Of a stretch of DNA of 64,000 nt, positions 1 through 12,300 are shown one piece after another. A program made the translations under genes and the position numbers. Position 1 is the stretch's first letter; each line of letters opens with the position of its first letter. The notes under the pieces were generated by a model, which worked only from the letters and a program-made list of their open reading frames with translations, was not told where the DNA came from and did not search any database. Source of the DNA: Auanema rhodensis (taxonomy: Eukaryota > Animalia > Nematoda); the NCBI GenBank assembly GCA_964057225.1, contig OZ059895.1, forward strand, positions 2,728,001 to 2,792,000, in the 5' to 3' direction.

Positions 1-61
1 ACAATCATAACTAATTTTTGTATTGAGCGTTTCTCAATGTAGTATAGTGCATTCGATGCGG

Positions 62-112
62 ATTTTTAAGCTGCGTCGATCTGTGTTATCAGATTTGCGC
101 TAGCTTAAAAAT
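62..112. other. Imperfect inverted repeat in each satellite A monomer (potential hairpin/cruciform)
   Basis: atttttaagct (62-72) pairs with agcttaaaaat (102-112), gcg with cgc, and atctg (79-83) with cagat (90-94), around a 6-nt loop tgttat. Confidence 0.9.
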
Positions 113-301
113 GCACCGAGATATCAACTGATATAAGTTCACACTTATATCCTCGATTTTCACCCTGAAGAATTAATTTTTTCGTTGAATAACGTTGTCC
201 ATCGTCTTTGCCTTGAAAAAAGGAATCTAAAAACATCTACTTTTTGCTAAATTATCTTGAAATTTTTCGAAAAAATTTTTGTCAAAATGTTTTTGGAAGC
301 A

Positions 302-329
302 ATGTTGAGTGTACATGGAAACTCAACAT
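302..329. other. 9-bp perfect inverted repeat with 10-nt loop in each satellite A monomer
   Basis: atgttgagt (302-310) gtacatggaa actcaacat (321-329). Confidence 0.9.
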
Positions 330-3300
330 ACACTAATGCATCATTTCTCAAACGATCATAACTAATTTTTGTATTAAGCGTTTCTCAATGTAGTAAAGTG
401 CATTCGATGCGGATTTTTAAGCTGCGTCGATCTGTGTTATCAGATTTGCGCTAGCTTAAAAATGCACCGAGATATCAACTGATATAAGTTCACACTTATA
501 TCCTCGATTTTCACCCTGAAGAATTAATTTTTTCGTTGAATAACATTGTCCATCGTCTTTGCCTTGGAAAAAGGAATCTAAAAACATCTACTTTTCGCTA
601 ATTTATCTTGAAATTTTTCGAGAAAATTTTTGTCAAAATGTTTTTGGAAGCAATGTTGAGTGTACATGGAAACTCAACATACACTAATGCATCATTTTTC
701 AAACAATCATAACTAATTTTTGTATTAAGCGTTTCTCAATGTAGTATAGTGCATTCGATGCGGATTGTTAAGCTGCGTCGATCTGTGTTATCAGATTTGC
801 GCTAGCTTAAAAATGCACCGAGATATCAACTGATATAAGTTCACACTTGTATCCTCGATTTTCACCCTGAAGAATTAATTTTTTCGTTGAATAACATTGT
901 CCATCGTCTTTGCCTTGAAAAATGGAATCTAAAAACATCTACTTCTTGCTAAATTATCTTGAAATTTTTCGAAAAAATTTTTGTCAAAATGTTTTTGGAA
1001 GCAATGTTGAGTGTACATGGAAACTCAACATACACTAATGCATCATTTTTCAAACGATCATAACTAATTTTTGTATTAAGCGTTTCTCAATGTAGTATAG
1101 TGCATTCGATGCGGATTTTTAAGCTGCGTCGATCTTTGTTATCAGATTTGCGCTAGCTTAAAAATGCACCGAGATATCAACTGATATAAGTTCACACTTA
1201 TATCCTCGATTTTCACCCTGAAGAATTAATTTTTTCGTTGAATAACATTGTCCATCGTCTTTGCCTTGGAAAAAGGAATCTAAAAACATCTACTTTTTGC
1301 TAATTTATTTTGAAATTTTTCGAGAAAATTTTTGTCAAAATGTTTTTGGAAGCAATGTTGAGTGTACATGGAAACTCAACATACACTAATGCATCATTTT
1401 TCAAACAATCATAACTAATTTTTGTATTAAGCGTTTCTCAATGTAGTATAGTGCATTCGATGCGGATTGTTAAGCTGCGTCGATCTGTGTTATCAGATTT
1501 GCGCTAGCTTAAAAATGCACCGAGATATCAACTGATATAAGTTCACACTTATATCCTCGATTTTCACCCTGAAAAATTAATTTTTTCGTTGAATAACATT
1601 GTCCATCGTCTTTGCCTTGAAAAATGGAATCTAAAAACATCTACTTTTTGCTAAATTATTTAGAAATTTTTCGAAAAAATTTTTGTCAAAATGTTTTTGG
1701 AAGCAATGTTGAGTGTACATGGAAACTCAACATACACTAATGCATCATTTTTCAAACAATCATAACTAATTTTTGTATTGAGCGTTTCTCAATGTAGTAT
1801 AGTGCATTCGATGCGGATTTTTAAGCTGCGTCGATCTGTGTTATCAGATTTGCGCTAGCTTAAAAATGCACCGAGATATCAACTGATATAAGTTCACACT
1901 TATATCCTCGATTTTCACCCTGAAGAATTAATTTTTTCGTTGAATAACATTGTCCATCGTCTTTGCCTTGAAAAAAGGAATCTAAAAACATCTACTTTTT
2001 GCTAAATTATCTTGAAATTTTTCGAAAAAATTTTTGTCAAAATGTTTTTGGAAGCAATGTTGAGTGTACATGGAAACTCAACATACACTAATGCATCATT
2101 TTTCAAACGATCATAACTAATTTTTGTATTAAGCGTTTCTCAATGTAGTAAAGTGCATTCGATGCGGATTTTTAAGCTGCGTCGATCTGTGTTATCAGAT
2201 TTGCGCTAGCTTAAAAATGCACCGAGATATCAACTGATATAAGTTCACACTTATATCCTCGATTTTCACCCTGAAGAATTAATTTTTTCGTTGAATAACA
2301 TTGTCCATCGTCTTTGCCTTGGAAAAAGGAATCTAAAAACATCTACTTTTCGCTAATTTATCTTGAAATTTTTCGAGAAAATTTTTGTCAAAATGTTTTT
2401 GGAAGCAATGTTGAGTGTACATGGAAACTCAACATACACTAATGCATCATTTTTCAAACAATCATAACTAATTTTTGTATTAAGCGTTTCTCAATGTAGT
2501 ATAGTGCATTCGATGCGGATTGTTAAGCTGCGTCGATCTGTGTTATCAGATTTGCGCTAGCTTAAAAATGCACCGAGATATCAACTGATATAAGTTCACA
2601 CTTGTATCCTCGATTTTCACCCTGAAGAATTAATTTTTTCGTTGAATAACATTGTCCATCGTCTTTGCCTTGAAAAATGGAATCTAAAAACATCTACTTC
2701 TTGCTAAATTATCTTGAAATTTTTCGAAAAAATTTTTGTCAAAATGTTTTTGGAAGCAATGTTGAGTGTACATGGAAACTCAACATACACTAATGCATCA
2801 TTTTTCAAACGATCATAACTAATTTTTGTATTAAGCGTTTCTCAATGTAGTATAGTGCATTCGATGCGGATTTTTAAGCTGCGTCGATCTTTGTTATCAG
2901 ATTTGCGCTAGCTTAAAAATGCACCGAGATATCAACTGATATAAGTTCACACTTATATCCTCGATTTTCACCCTGAAGAATTAATTTTTTCGTTGAATAA
3001 CATTGTCCATCGTCTTTGCCTTGGAAAAAGGAATCTAAAAACATCTACTTTTTGCTAATTTATTTTGAAATTTTTCGAGAAAATTTTTGTCAAAATGTTT
3101 TTGGAAGCAATGTTGAGTGTACATGGAAACTCAACATACACTAATGCATCATTTTTCAAACAATCATAACTAATTTTTGTATTAAGCGTTTCTCAATGTA
3201 GTATAGTGCATTCGATGCGGATTGTTAAGCTGCGTCGATCTGTGTTATCAGATTTGCGCTAGCTTAAAAATGCACCGAGATATCAACTGATATAAGTTCA

Positions 3301-6300
3301 CACTTATATCCTCGATTTTCACCCTGAAAAATTAATTTTTTCGTTGAATAACATTGTCCATCGTCTTTGCCTTGAAAAATGGAATCTAAAAACATCTACT
3401 TTTTGCTAAATTATTTAGAAATTTTTCGAAAAAATTTTTGTCAAAATGTTTTTGGAAGCAATGTTGAGTGTACATGGAAACTCAACATACACTAATGCAT
3501 CATTTTTCAAACAATCATAACTAATTTTTGTATTGAGCGTTTCTCAATGTAGTATAGTGCATTCGATGCGGATTTTTAAGCTGCGTCGATCTGTGTTATC
3601 AGATTTGCGCTAGCTTAAAAATGCACCGAGATATCAACTGATATAAGTTCACACTTATATCCTCGATTTTCACCCTGAAGAATTAATTTTTTCGTTGAAT
3701 AACATTGTCCATCGTCTTTGCCTTGAAAAAAGGAATCTAAAAACATCTACTTTTTGCTAAATTATCTTGAAATTTTTCGAAAAAATTTTTGTCAAAATGT
3801 TTTTGGAAGCAATGTTGAGTGTACATGGAAACTCAACATACACTAATGCATCATTTTTCAAACGATCATAACTAATTTTTGTATTAAGCGTTTTTCAATG
3901 TAGTAAAGTGCATTCGATGCGGATTTTTAAGCTGCGTCGATCTGTGTTATCAGATTTGCGCTAGCTTAAAAATGCACCGAGATATCAACTGATATAAGTT
4001 CACACTTATATCCTCGATTTTCACCCTGAAGAATTAATTTTTTCGTTGAATAACATTGTCCATCGTCTTTGCCTTGGAAAAAGGAATCTAAAAACATCTA
4101 CTTTTCGCTAATTTATTTTGAAATTTTTCGAGAAAATTTTTGTCAAAATGTTTTTGGAAGCAATGTTGAGTGTACATGGAAACTCAACATACACTAATGC
4201 ATCATTTTTCAAACAATCATAACTAATTTTTGTATTAAGCGTTTCTCAATGTAGTATAGTGCATTCGATGCGGATTGTTAAGCTGCGTCGATCTGTGTTA
4301 TCAGATTTGCGCTAGCTTAAAAATGCACCGAGATATCAACTGATATAAGTTCACACTTATATCCTCGATTTTCACCCTGAAGAATTAATTTTTTCGTTGA
4401 ATAACATTGTCCATCGTCTTTGCCTTGAAAAAAGGAATCTAAAAACATCTACTTTTTGCTAAATTATCTTGAAATTTTTCGAAAAAATTTTTGTCAAAAT
4501 GTTTTTGGAAGCAATGTTGAGTGTACATGGAAACTCAACATACACTAATGCATCATTTTTCAAACGATCATAACTAATTTTTGTATTAAGCGTTTCTCAA
4601 TGTAGTAAAGTGCATTCGATGCGGATTTTTAAGCTGCGTCGATCTTTGTTATCAGATTTGCGCTAGCTTAAAAATGCACCGAGATATCAACTGATATAAG
4701 TTCACACTTATATCCTCGATTTTCACCCTGAAGAATTAATTTTTTCGTTGAATAACATTGTCCATCGTCTTTGCCTTGGAAAAAGGAATCTAAAAACATC
4801 TACTTTTTGCTAATTTATTTTGAAATTTTTCGAGAAAATTTTTGTCAAAATGTTTTTGGAAGCAATGTTGAGTGTACATGGAAACTCAACATACACTAAT
4901 GCATCATTTTTCAAACAATCATAACTAATTTTTGTATTAAGCGTTTCTCAATGTAGTATAGTGCATTCGATGCGGATTGTTAAGCTGCGTCGATCTGTGT
5001 TATCAGATTTGCGCTAGCTTAAAAATGCACCGAGATATCAACTGATATAAGTTCACACTTATATCCTCGATTTTCACCCTGAAAAATTAATTTTTTCGTT
5101 GAATAACATTGTCCATCGTCTTTGCCTTGAAAAATGGAATCTAAAAACATCTACTTTTTGCTAAATTATTTAGAAATTTTTCGAAAAAATTTTTGTCAAA
5201 ATGTTTTTGGAAGCAATGTTGAGTGTACATGGAAACTCAACATACACTAATGCATCATTTTTCAAACAATCATAACTAATTTTTGTATTGAGCGTTTCTC
5301 AATGTAGTATAATGCATTCGATGCGGATTTTTAAGCTGCGTCGATCTGTGTTATCAGATTTGCGCTAGCTTAAAAATGCACCGAGATATCAACTGATATA
5401 AGTTCACACTTATATCCTCGATTTTCACCCTGAAGAATTAATTTTTTCGTTGAATAACATTGTCCATCGTCTTTGCCTTGAAAAAAGGAATCTAAAAACA
5501 TCTACTTTTTGCTAAATTATCTTGAAATTTTTCGAAAAAATTTTTGTCAAAATGTTTTTGGAAGCAATGTTGAGTGTACATGGAAACTCAACATACACTA
5601 ATGCATCATTTTTCAAACGATCATAACTAATTTTTGTATTAAGCGTTTCTCAATGTAGTAAAGTGCATTCGATGCGGATTTTTAAGCTGCGTCGATCTGT
5701 GTTATCAGATTTGCGCTAGCTTAAAAATGCACCGAGATATCAACTGATATAAGTTCACACTTATATCCTCGATTTTCACCCTGAAGAATTAATTTTTTCG
5801 TTGAATAACATTGTCCATCGTCTTTGCCTTGGAAAAAGGAATCTAAAAACATCTACTTTTCGCTAATTTATTTTGAAATTTTTCGAGAAAATTTTTGTCA
5901 AAATGTTTTTGGAAGCAATGTTGAGTGTACATGGAAACTCAACATACACTAATGCATCATTTTTCAAACAATCATAACTAATTTTTGTATTAAGCGTTTC
6001 TCAATGTAGTATAGTGCATTCGATGCGGATTGTTAAGCTGCGTCGATCTGTGTTATCAGATTTGCGCTAGCTTAAAAATGCACCGAGATATCAACTGATA
6101 TAAGTTCACACTTATATCCTCGATTTTCACCCTGAAGAATTAATTTTTTCGTTGAATAACATTGTCCATCGTCTTTGCCTTGAAAAATGGAATCTAAAAA
6201 CATCTACTTTTTGCTAAATTATCTTGAAATTTTTCGAAAAAATTTTTGTCAAAATGTTTTTGGAAGCAATGTTGAGTGTACATGGAAACTCAACATACAC

Positions 6301-9300
6301 TAATGCATCATTTTTCAAACGATCATAACTAATTTTTGTATTAAGCGTTTCTCAATGTAGTATAGTGCATTCGATGCGGATTTTTAAGCTGCGTCGATCT
6401 GTGTTATCAGATTTGCGCTAGCTTGAAAATGCACCGAGATATCAACTGATATAAGTTCACACTTATATCCTCGATTTTCACCCTGAAGAATTAATTTTTT
6501 CGTTGAATAACATTGTCCATCGTCTTTGCCTTGAAAAAAGGAATCTAAAAACATCTACTTTTTGCTAAATTATCTTGAAATTTTTCGAAAAAATTTTTGT
6601 AAAAATGTTTTTGGAAGCAATGTTGAGTGTACATGGAAACTCAACATACACTAATGCATCATTTTTCAAACGATCATAACTAATTTTTGTATTAAGCGTT
6701 TCTCAATGTAGTAAAGTGCATTCGATGCGGATTGTTAAGCTGCGTCGATCTGTGTTATCAGATTTGCGCTAGCTTAAAAATGCACCGAGATATCAACTGA
6801 TATAAGTTCACACTTATATCCTCGATTTTAACCCTGAAGAATTAATTTTTTCGTTGAATAACATTGTCCATCGTCTTTGCCTTGGAAAAAGGAATCTAAA
6901 AACATCTACTTTTTGCTAATTTATTTTGAAATTTTTCGAGAAAATTTTTGTCAAAATGTTTTTGGAAGCAATGTTGAGTGTACATGGAAACTCAACATAC
7001 ACTAATGCATCATTTTTCAAACAATCATAACTAATTTTTGTATTAAGCGTTTCTCAATGTAGTATAGTGCATTCGATGCGGATTGTTAAGCTGCGTCGAT
7101 CTGTGTTATCAGATTTGCGCTAGCTTAAAAATGCACCGAGATATCAACTGATATAAGTTCACACTTATATCCTCGATTTTCACCCTGAAGAATTAATTTT
7201 TTCGTTGAATAACATTGTCCATCGTCTTTGCCTTGAAAAATGGAATCTAAAAACATCTACTTTTTGCTAAATTATCTTGAAATTTTTCGAAAAAATTTTT
7301 GTCAAAATGTTTTTGGAAGCAATGTTGAGTGTACATGGAAACTCAACATACACTAATGCATCATTTTTCAAACGATCATAACTAATTTTTGTATTAAGCG
7401 TTTCTCAATGTAGTAAAGTGCATTCGATGCGGATTTTTAAGCTGCGTCGATCTGTGTTATCAGATTTGCGCTAGCTTAAAAATGCACCGAGATATCAACT
7501 GATATAAGTTCACACTTATATCCTCGATTTTCACCCTGAAGAATTAATTTTTTCGTTGAATAACATTGTCCATCGTCTTTGCCTTGGAAAAAGGAATCTA
7601 AAAACATCTACTTTTCGCTAATTTATTTTGAAATTTTTCGAGAAAATTTTTGTCAAAATGTTTTTGGAAGCAATGTTGAGTGTACATGGAAACTCAACAT
7701 ACACTAATGCATCATTTTTCAAACGATCATAACTAATTTTTGTATTAAGCGTTTCTCAATGTAGTATAGTGCATTCGATGCGGATTTTTAAGCTGCGTCG
7801 ATCTGTGTTATCAGATTTGCGCTAGCTTGAAAATGCACCGAGATATCAACTGATATAAGTTCACACTTATATCCTCGATTTTCACCCTGAAGAATTAATT
7901 TTTTCGTTGAATAACATTGTCCATCGTCTTTGCCTTGAAAAAAGGAATCTAAAAACATCTACTTTTTGCTAAATTATCTTGAAAATTTTCGAAAAAATTT
8001 TTGTCAAAATGTTTTTGGAAGCAATGTTGAGTGTACATGGAAACTCAACATACACTAATGCATCATTTTTCAAACGATCATAACTAATTTTTGTATTAAG
8101 CGTTTCTCAATGTAGTAAAGTGCATTCGATGCGGATTTTTAAGCTGCGTCGATCTGTGTTATCAGATTTGCGCTAGCTTAAAAATGCACCGAGATATCAA
8201 CTGATATAAGTTCACACTTATATCCTCGATTTTCACCCTGAAGAATTAATTTTTTCGTTGAATAACATTGTCCATCGTCTTTGCCTTAAAAAAAGGAATC
8301 TAAAAACATCTACTTTTTGCTAATTTATTTTGAAATTTTTCGAGAAAAGTTTTGTCAAAATGTTTTTGGAAGCAATGTTGAGTGTACATGGAAACTCAAC
8401 ATACACTAATGCATCATTTTTCAAACGATCATAACTAATTTTTGTATTAAGCGTTTCTCAATGTAGTATAGTGCATTCGATGCGGATTTTTAAGCTGCGT
8501 CGATCTGTGTTATCAGATTTGCGCTAGCTTGAAAATGCACCGAGATATCAACTGATATAAGTTCACACTTATATCCTCGATTTTCACCCTGAAGAATTAA
8601 TTTTTTCGTTGAATAACATTGTCCATCGTCTTTGCCTTGAAAAAAGGAATCTAAAAACATCTACTTTTTGCTAAATTATCTTGAAAATTTTCGAAAAAAT
8701 TTTTGTCAAAATGTTTTTGGAAGCAATGTTGAGTGTACATGGAAACTCAACATACACTAATGCATCATTTTTCAAACGATCATAACTAATTTTTGTATTA
8801 AGCGTTTCTCAATGTAGTAAAGTGCATTCGATGCGGATTTTTAAGCTGCGTCGATCTGTGTTATCAGATTTGCGCTAGCTTAAAAATGCACCGAGATATC
8901 AACTGATATAAGTTCACACTTATATCCTCGATTTTCACCCTGAAGAATTAATTTTTTCGTTGAATAACATTGTCCATCGTCTTTGCCTTAAAAAAAGGAA
9001 TCTAAAAACATCTACTTTTTGCTAATTTATTTTGAAATTTTTCGAGAAAAGTTTTGTCAAAATGTTTTTGGAAGCAATGTTGAGTGTACATGGAAACTCA
9101 ACATACACTAATGCATCATTTTTCAAACGATCATAACTAATTTTTGTATTAAGCGTTTCTCAATGTAGTATAGTGCATTCGATGCGGATTTTTAAGCTGC
9201 GTCGATCTGTGTTATCAGATTTGCGCTAGCTTAAAAATGCACCGAGATATCAACTGATATAAGTTCACACTTATATCCTCGATTTTGACCCTGAAGAATT

Positions 9301-12300
9301 AATTTTTTCGTTGAATAACATTGTCCATCGTCTTTGCCTTGAAAAAAGGAATCTAAAAACATCTACTTTTTGCTAAATTATCTTGAAATTGTTCGAAAAA
9401 ATTTTTGTCAAAATGTTTTTGGAAGCAATGTTGAGTGTACATGGAAACTCAACATACACTAATGCATCATTTTTCAAACGATCATAACTAATTTTTGTAT
9501 TAAGCGTTTCTCAATGTAGTATAGTGCATTCGATGGGATTGTTAAGCTGCGTCGATCTGTGTTATCAGATTTGCGCTAGCTTAAAAATGCACCGAGATAT
9601 CAACTGATATAAGTTCACACTTATATCCTCGATTTTCACCCTGAAGAATTAATTTTTTCGTTGAATAACATTGTCCATCGTCTTTGCCTTGGAAAAAGGA
9701 ATCTAAAAACATCTACTTTTCGCTAATTTATTTTGAAATTTTTCGAGAAAATTTTTGTCAAAATGTTTTTGGAAGCAATGTTGAGTGTACATGGAAACTC
9801 AACATACACTAATGCATCATTTTTCAAACAATCATAACTAATTTTTGTATTAAGCGTTTCTCAATGTAGTATAGTGCATTCGATGCGGATTGTTAAGCTG
9901 CGTCGATATGTGTTATCAGATTTGCGCTAGCTTAAAAATGCACCGAGATATCAACTGATATAAGTTCACACTTATATCCTCGATTTTCACCCTGAAGAAT
10001 TAATTTTTTCGTTGAATAACATTGTCCATCGTCTTTGCCTTGAAAAATGGAATCTAAAAACATCTACTTTTTGCTAAATTATTTAGAAATTTTTCGAAAA
10101 AATTTTTGTCAAAATGTTTTTGGAAGCAATGTTGAGTGTACATGGAAACTCAACATACACTAATGCATCATTTTTCAAACGATCATAACTAATTTTTGTA
10201 TTAAGCGTTTCTCAATGTAGTAAAGTGCATTCGATGCGGATTTTTAAGCTGCGTCGATCTGTGTTATCAGATTTGCGCTAGCTTAAAAATGCACCGAGAT
10301 ATCAACTGATATAAGTTCACACTTATATCCTCGATTTTAACCCTGAAGAATTAATTTTTTCGTTGAATAACATTGTCCATCGTCTTTGCCTTGGAAAAAG
10401 GAATCTAAAAACATCTACTTTTTGCTAATTTATTTTGAAATTTTTCGAGAAAATTTTTGTCAAAATGTTTTTGGAAGCAATGTTGAGTGTACATGGAAAC
10501 TCAACATACACTAATGCATCATTTTTCAAACAATCATAACTAATTTTTGTATTAAGCGTTTCTCAATGTAGTATAGTGCATTCGATGCGGATTGTTAAGC
10601 TGCGTCGATCTGTGTTATCAGATTTGCGCTAGCTTAAAAATGCACCGAGATATCAACTGATATAAGTTCACACTTATATCCTCGATTTTCACCCTGAAGA
10701 ATTAATTTTTTCGTTGAATAACATTGTCCATCGTCTTTGCCTTGAAAAATGGAATCTAAAAACATCTACTTTTTGCTAAATTATCTTGAAATTTTTCGAA
10801 AAAATTTTTGTCAAAATGTTTTTGGAAGCAATGTTGAGTGTACATGGAAACTCAACATACACTAATGCATCATTTTTCAAACGATCATAACTAATTTTTG
10901 TATTAAGCGTTTCTCAATGTAGTAAAGTGCATTCGATGCGGATTTTTAAGCTGCGTCGATCTGTGTTATCAGATTTGCGCTAGCTTAAAAATGCACCGAG
11001 ATATCAACTGATATAAGTTCACACTTATATCCTCGATTTTCACCCTGAAGAATTAATTTTTTCGTTGAATAACATTGTCCATCGTCTTTGCCTTGGAAAA
11101 AGGAATCTAAAAACATCTACTTTTCGCTAATTTATTTTGAAATTTTTCGAGAAAATTTTTGTCAAAATGTTTTTGGAAGCAATGTTGAGTGTACATGGAA
11201 ACTCAACATACACTAATGCATCATTTTTCAAACGATCATAACTAATTTTTGTATTAAGCGTTTCTCAATGTAGTATAGTGCATTCGATGCGGATTTTTAA
11301 GCTGCGTCGATCTGTGTTATCAGATTTGCGCTAGCTTGAAAATGCACCGAGATATCAACTGATATAAGTTCACACTTATATCCTCGATTTTCACCCTGAA
11401 GAATTAATTTTTTCGTTGAATAACATTGTCCATCGTCTTTGCCTTGAAAAAAGGAATCTAAAAACATCTACTTTTTGCTAAATTATCTTGAAAATTTTCG
11501 AAAAAATTTTTGTCAAAATGTTTTTGGAAGCAATGTTGAGTGTACATGGAAACTCAACATACACTAATGCATCATTTTTCAAACGATCATAACTAATTTT
11601 TGTATTAAGCGTTTCTCAATGTAGTATAGTGCATTCGATGCGGATTTTTAAGCTGCGTCGATCTGTGTTATCAGATTTGCGCTAGCTTGAAAATGCACCG
11701 AGATATCAACTGATATAAGTTCACACTTATATCCTCGATTTTCACCCTGAAGAATTAATTTTTTCGTTGAATAACATTGTCCATCGTCTTTGCCTTGAAA
11801 AAAGGAATCTAAAAACATCTACTTTTTGCTAAATTATCTTGAAAATTTTCGAAAAAATTTTTGTCAAAATGTTTTTGGAAGCAATGTTGAGTGTACATGG
11901 AAACTCAACATACCTCTAATGCATCATTTTTCAAACGATCATAACTAATTTTTGTATTAAGCGTTTCTCAATGTAGTAAAGTGCATTCGATGCGGATTTT
12001 TAAGCTGCGTCGATCTGTGTTATCAGATTTGCGCTAGCTTAAAAATGCACCGAGATATCAACTGATATAAGTTCACACTTATATCCTCGATTTTCACCCT
12101 GAAGAATTAATTTTTTCGTTGAATAACATTGTCCATCGTCTTTGCCTTAAAAAAAGGAATCTAAAAACATCTACTTTTTGCTAATTTATTTTGAAATTTT
12201 TCGAGAAAAGTTTTGTCAAAATGTTTTTGGAAGCAATGTTGAGTGTACATGGAAACTCAACATACACTAATGCATCATTTTTCAAACGATCATAACTAAT

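Larger units (their letters stand above)
1..5600. repeat. 5-mer higher-order repeat (1755 bp) of satellite A, about 3 copies
   Basis: tattGagcg variant at 25, 1780, 3535, 5290. gatctTtg at ~1136, 2891, 4646. ctgaaAaatt at ~1574, 3329, 5084. All are spaced by 1755 = 5x351. Confidence 0.93.

Noticed and set aside
180-196. CENP-B box-like tttcgttgaataac
   Set aside because: It matches the TTCG....A half but lacks the essential CGGG.
165-220. Hammerhead ribozyme (CTGAAGA at 165-171 fits CUGANGA; hammerheads are known in some animal satellites)
   Set aside because: I could not form a stem II closing onto a GAAA, nor stems I/III with an NUH site. ctgaccga in B does not fit the core either. An Infernal/Rfam search would be the definitive test.
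1-351. Internal ~175-bp subrepeat within monomer A
   Set aside because: Only short AT-rich matches (taattttt) link the two halves, which is not convincing by eye.
9530-11920. Singleton indels at ~9535 (gatg-ggatt) and ~11914 (tacctctaat)
   Set aside because: Each is unique and could be a sequencing or consensus error, so neither is interpretable without reads.
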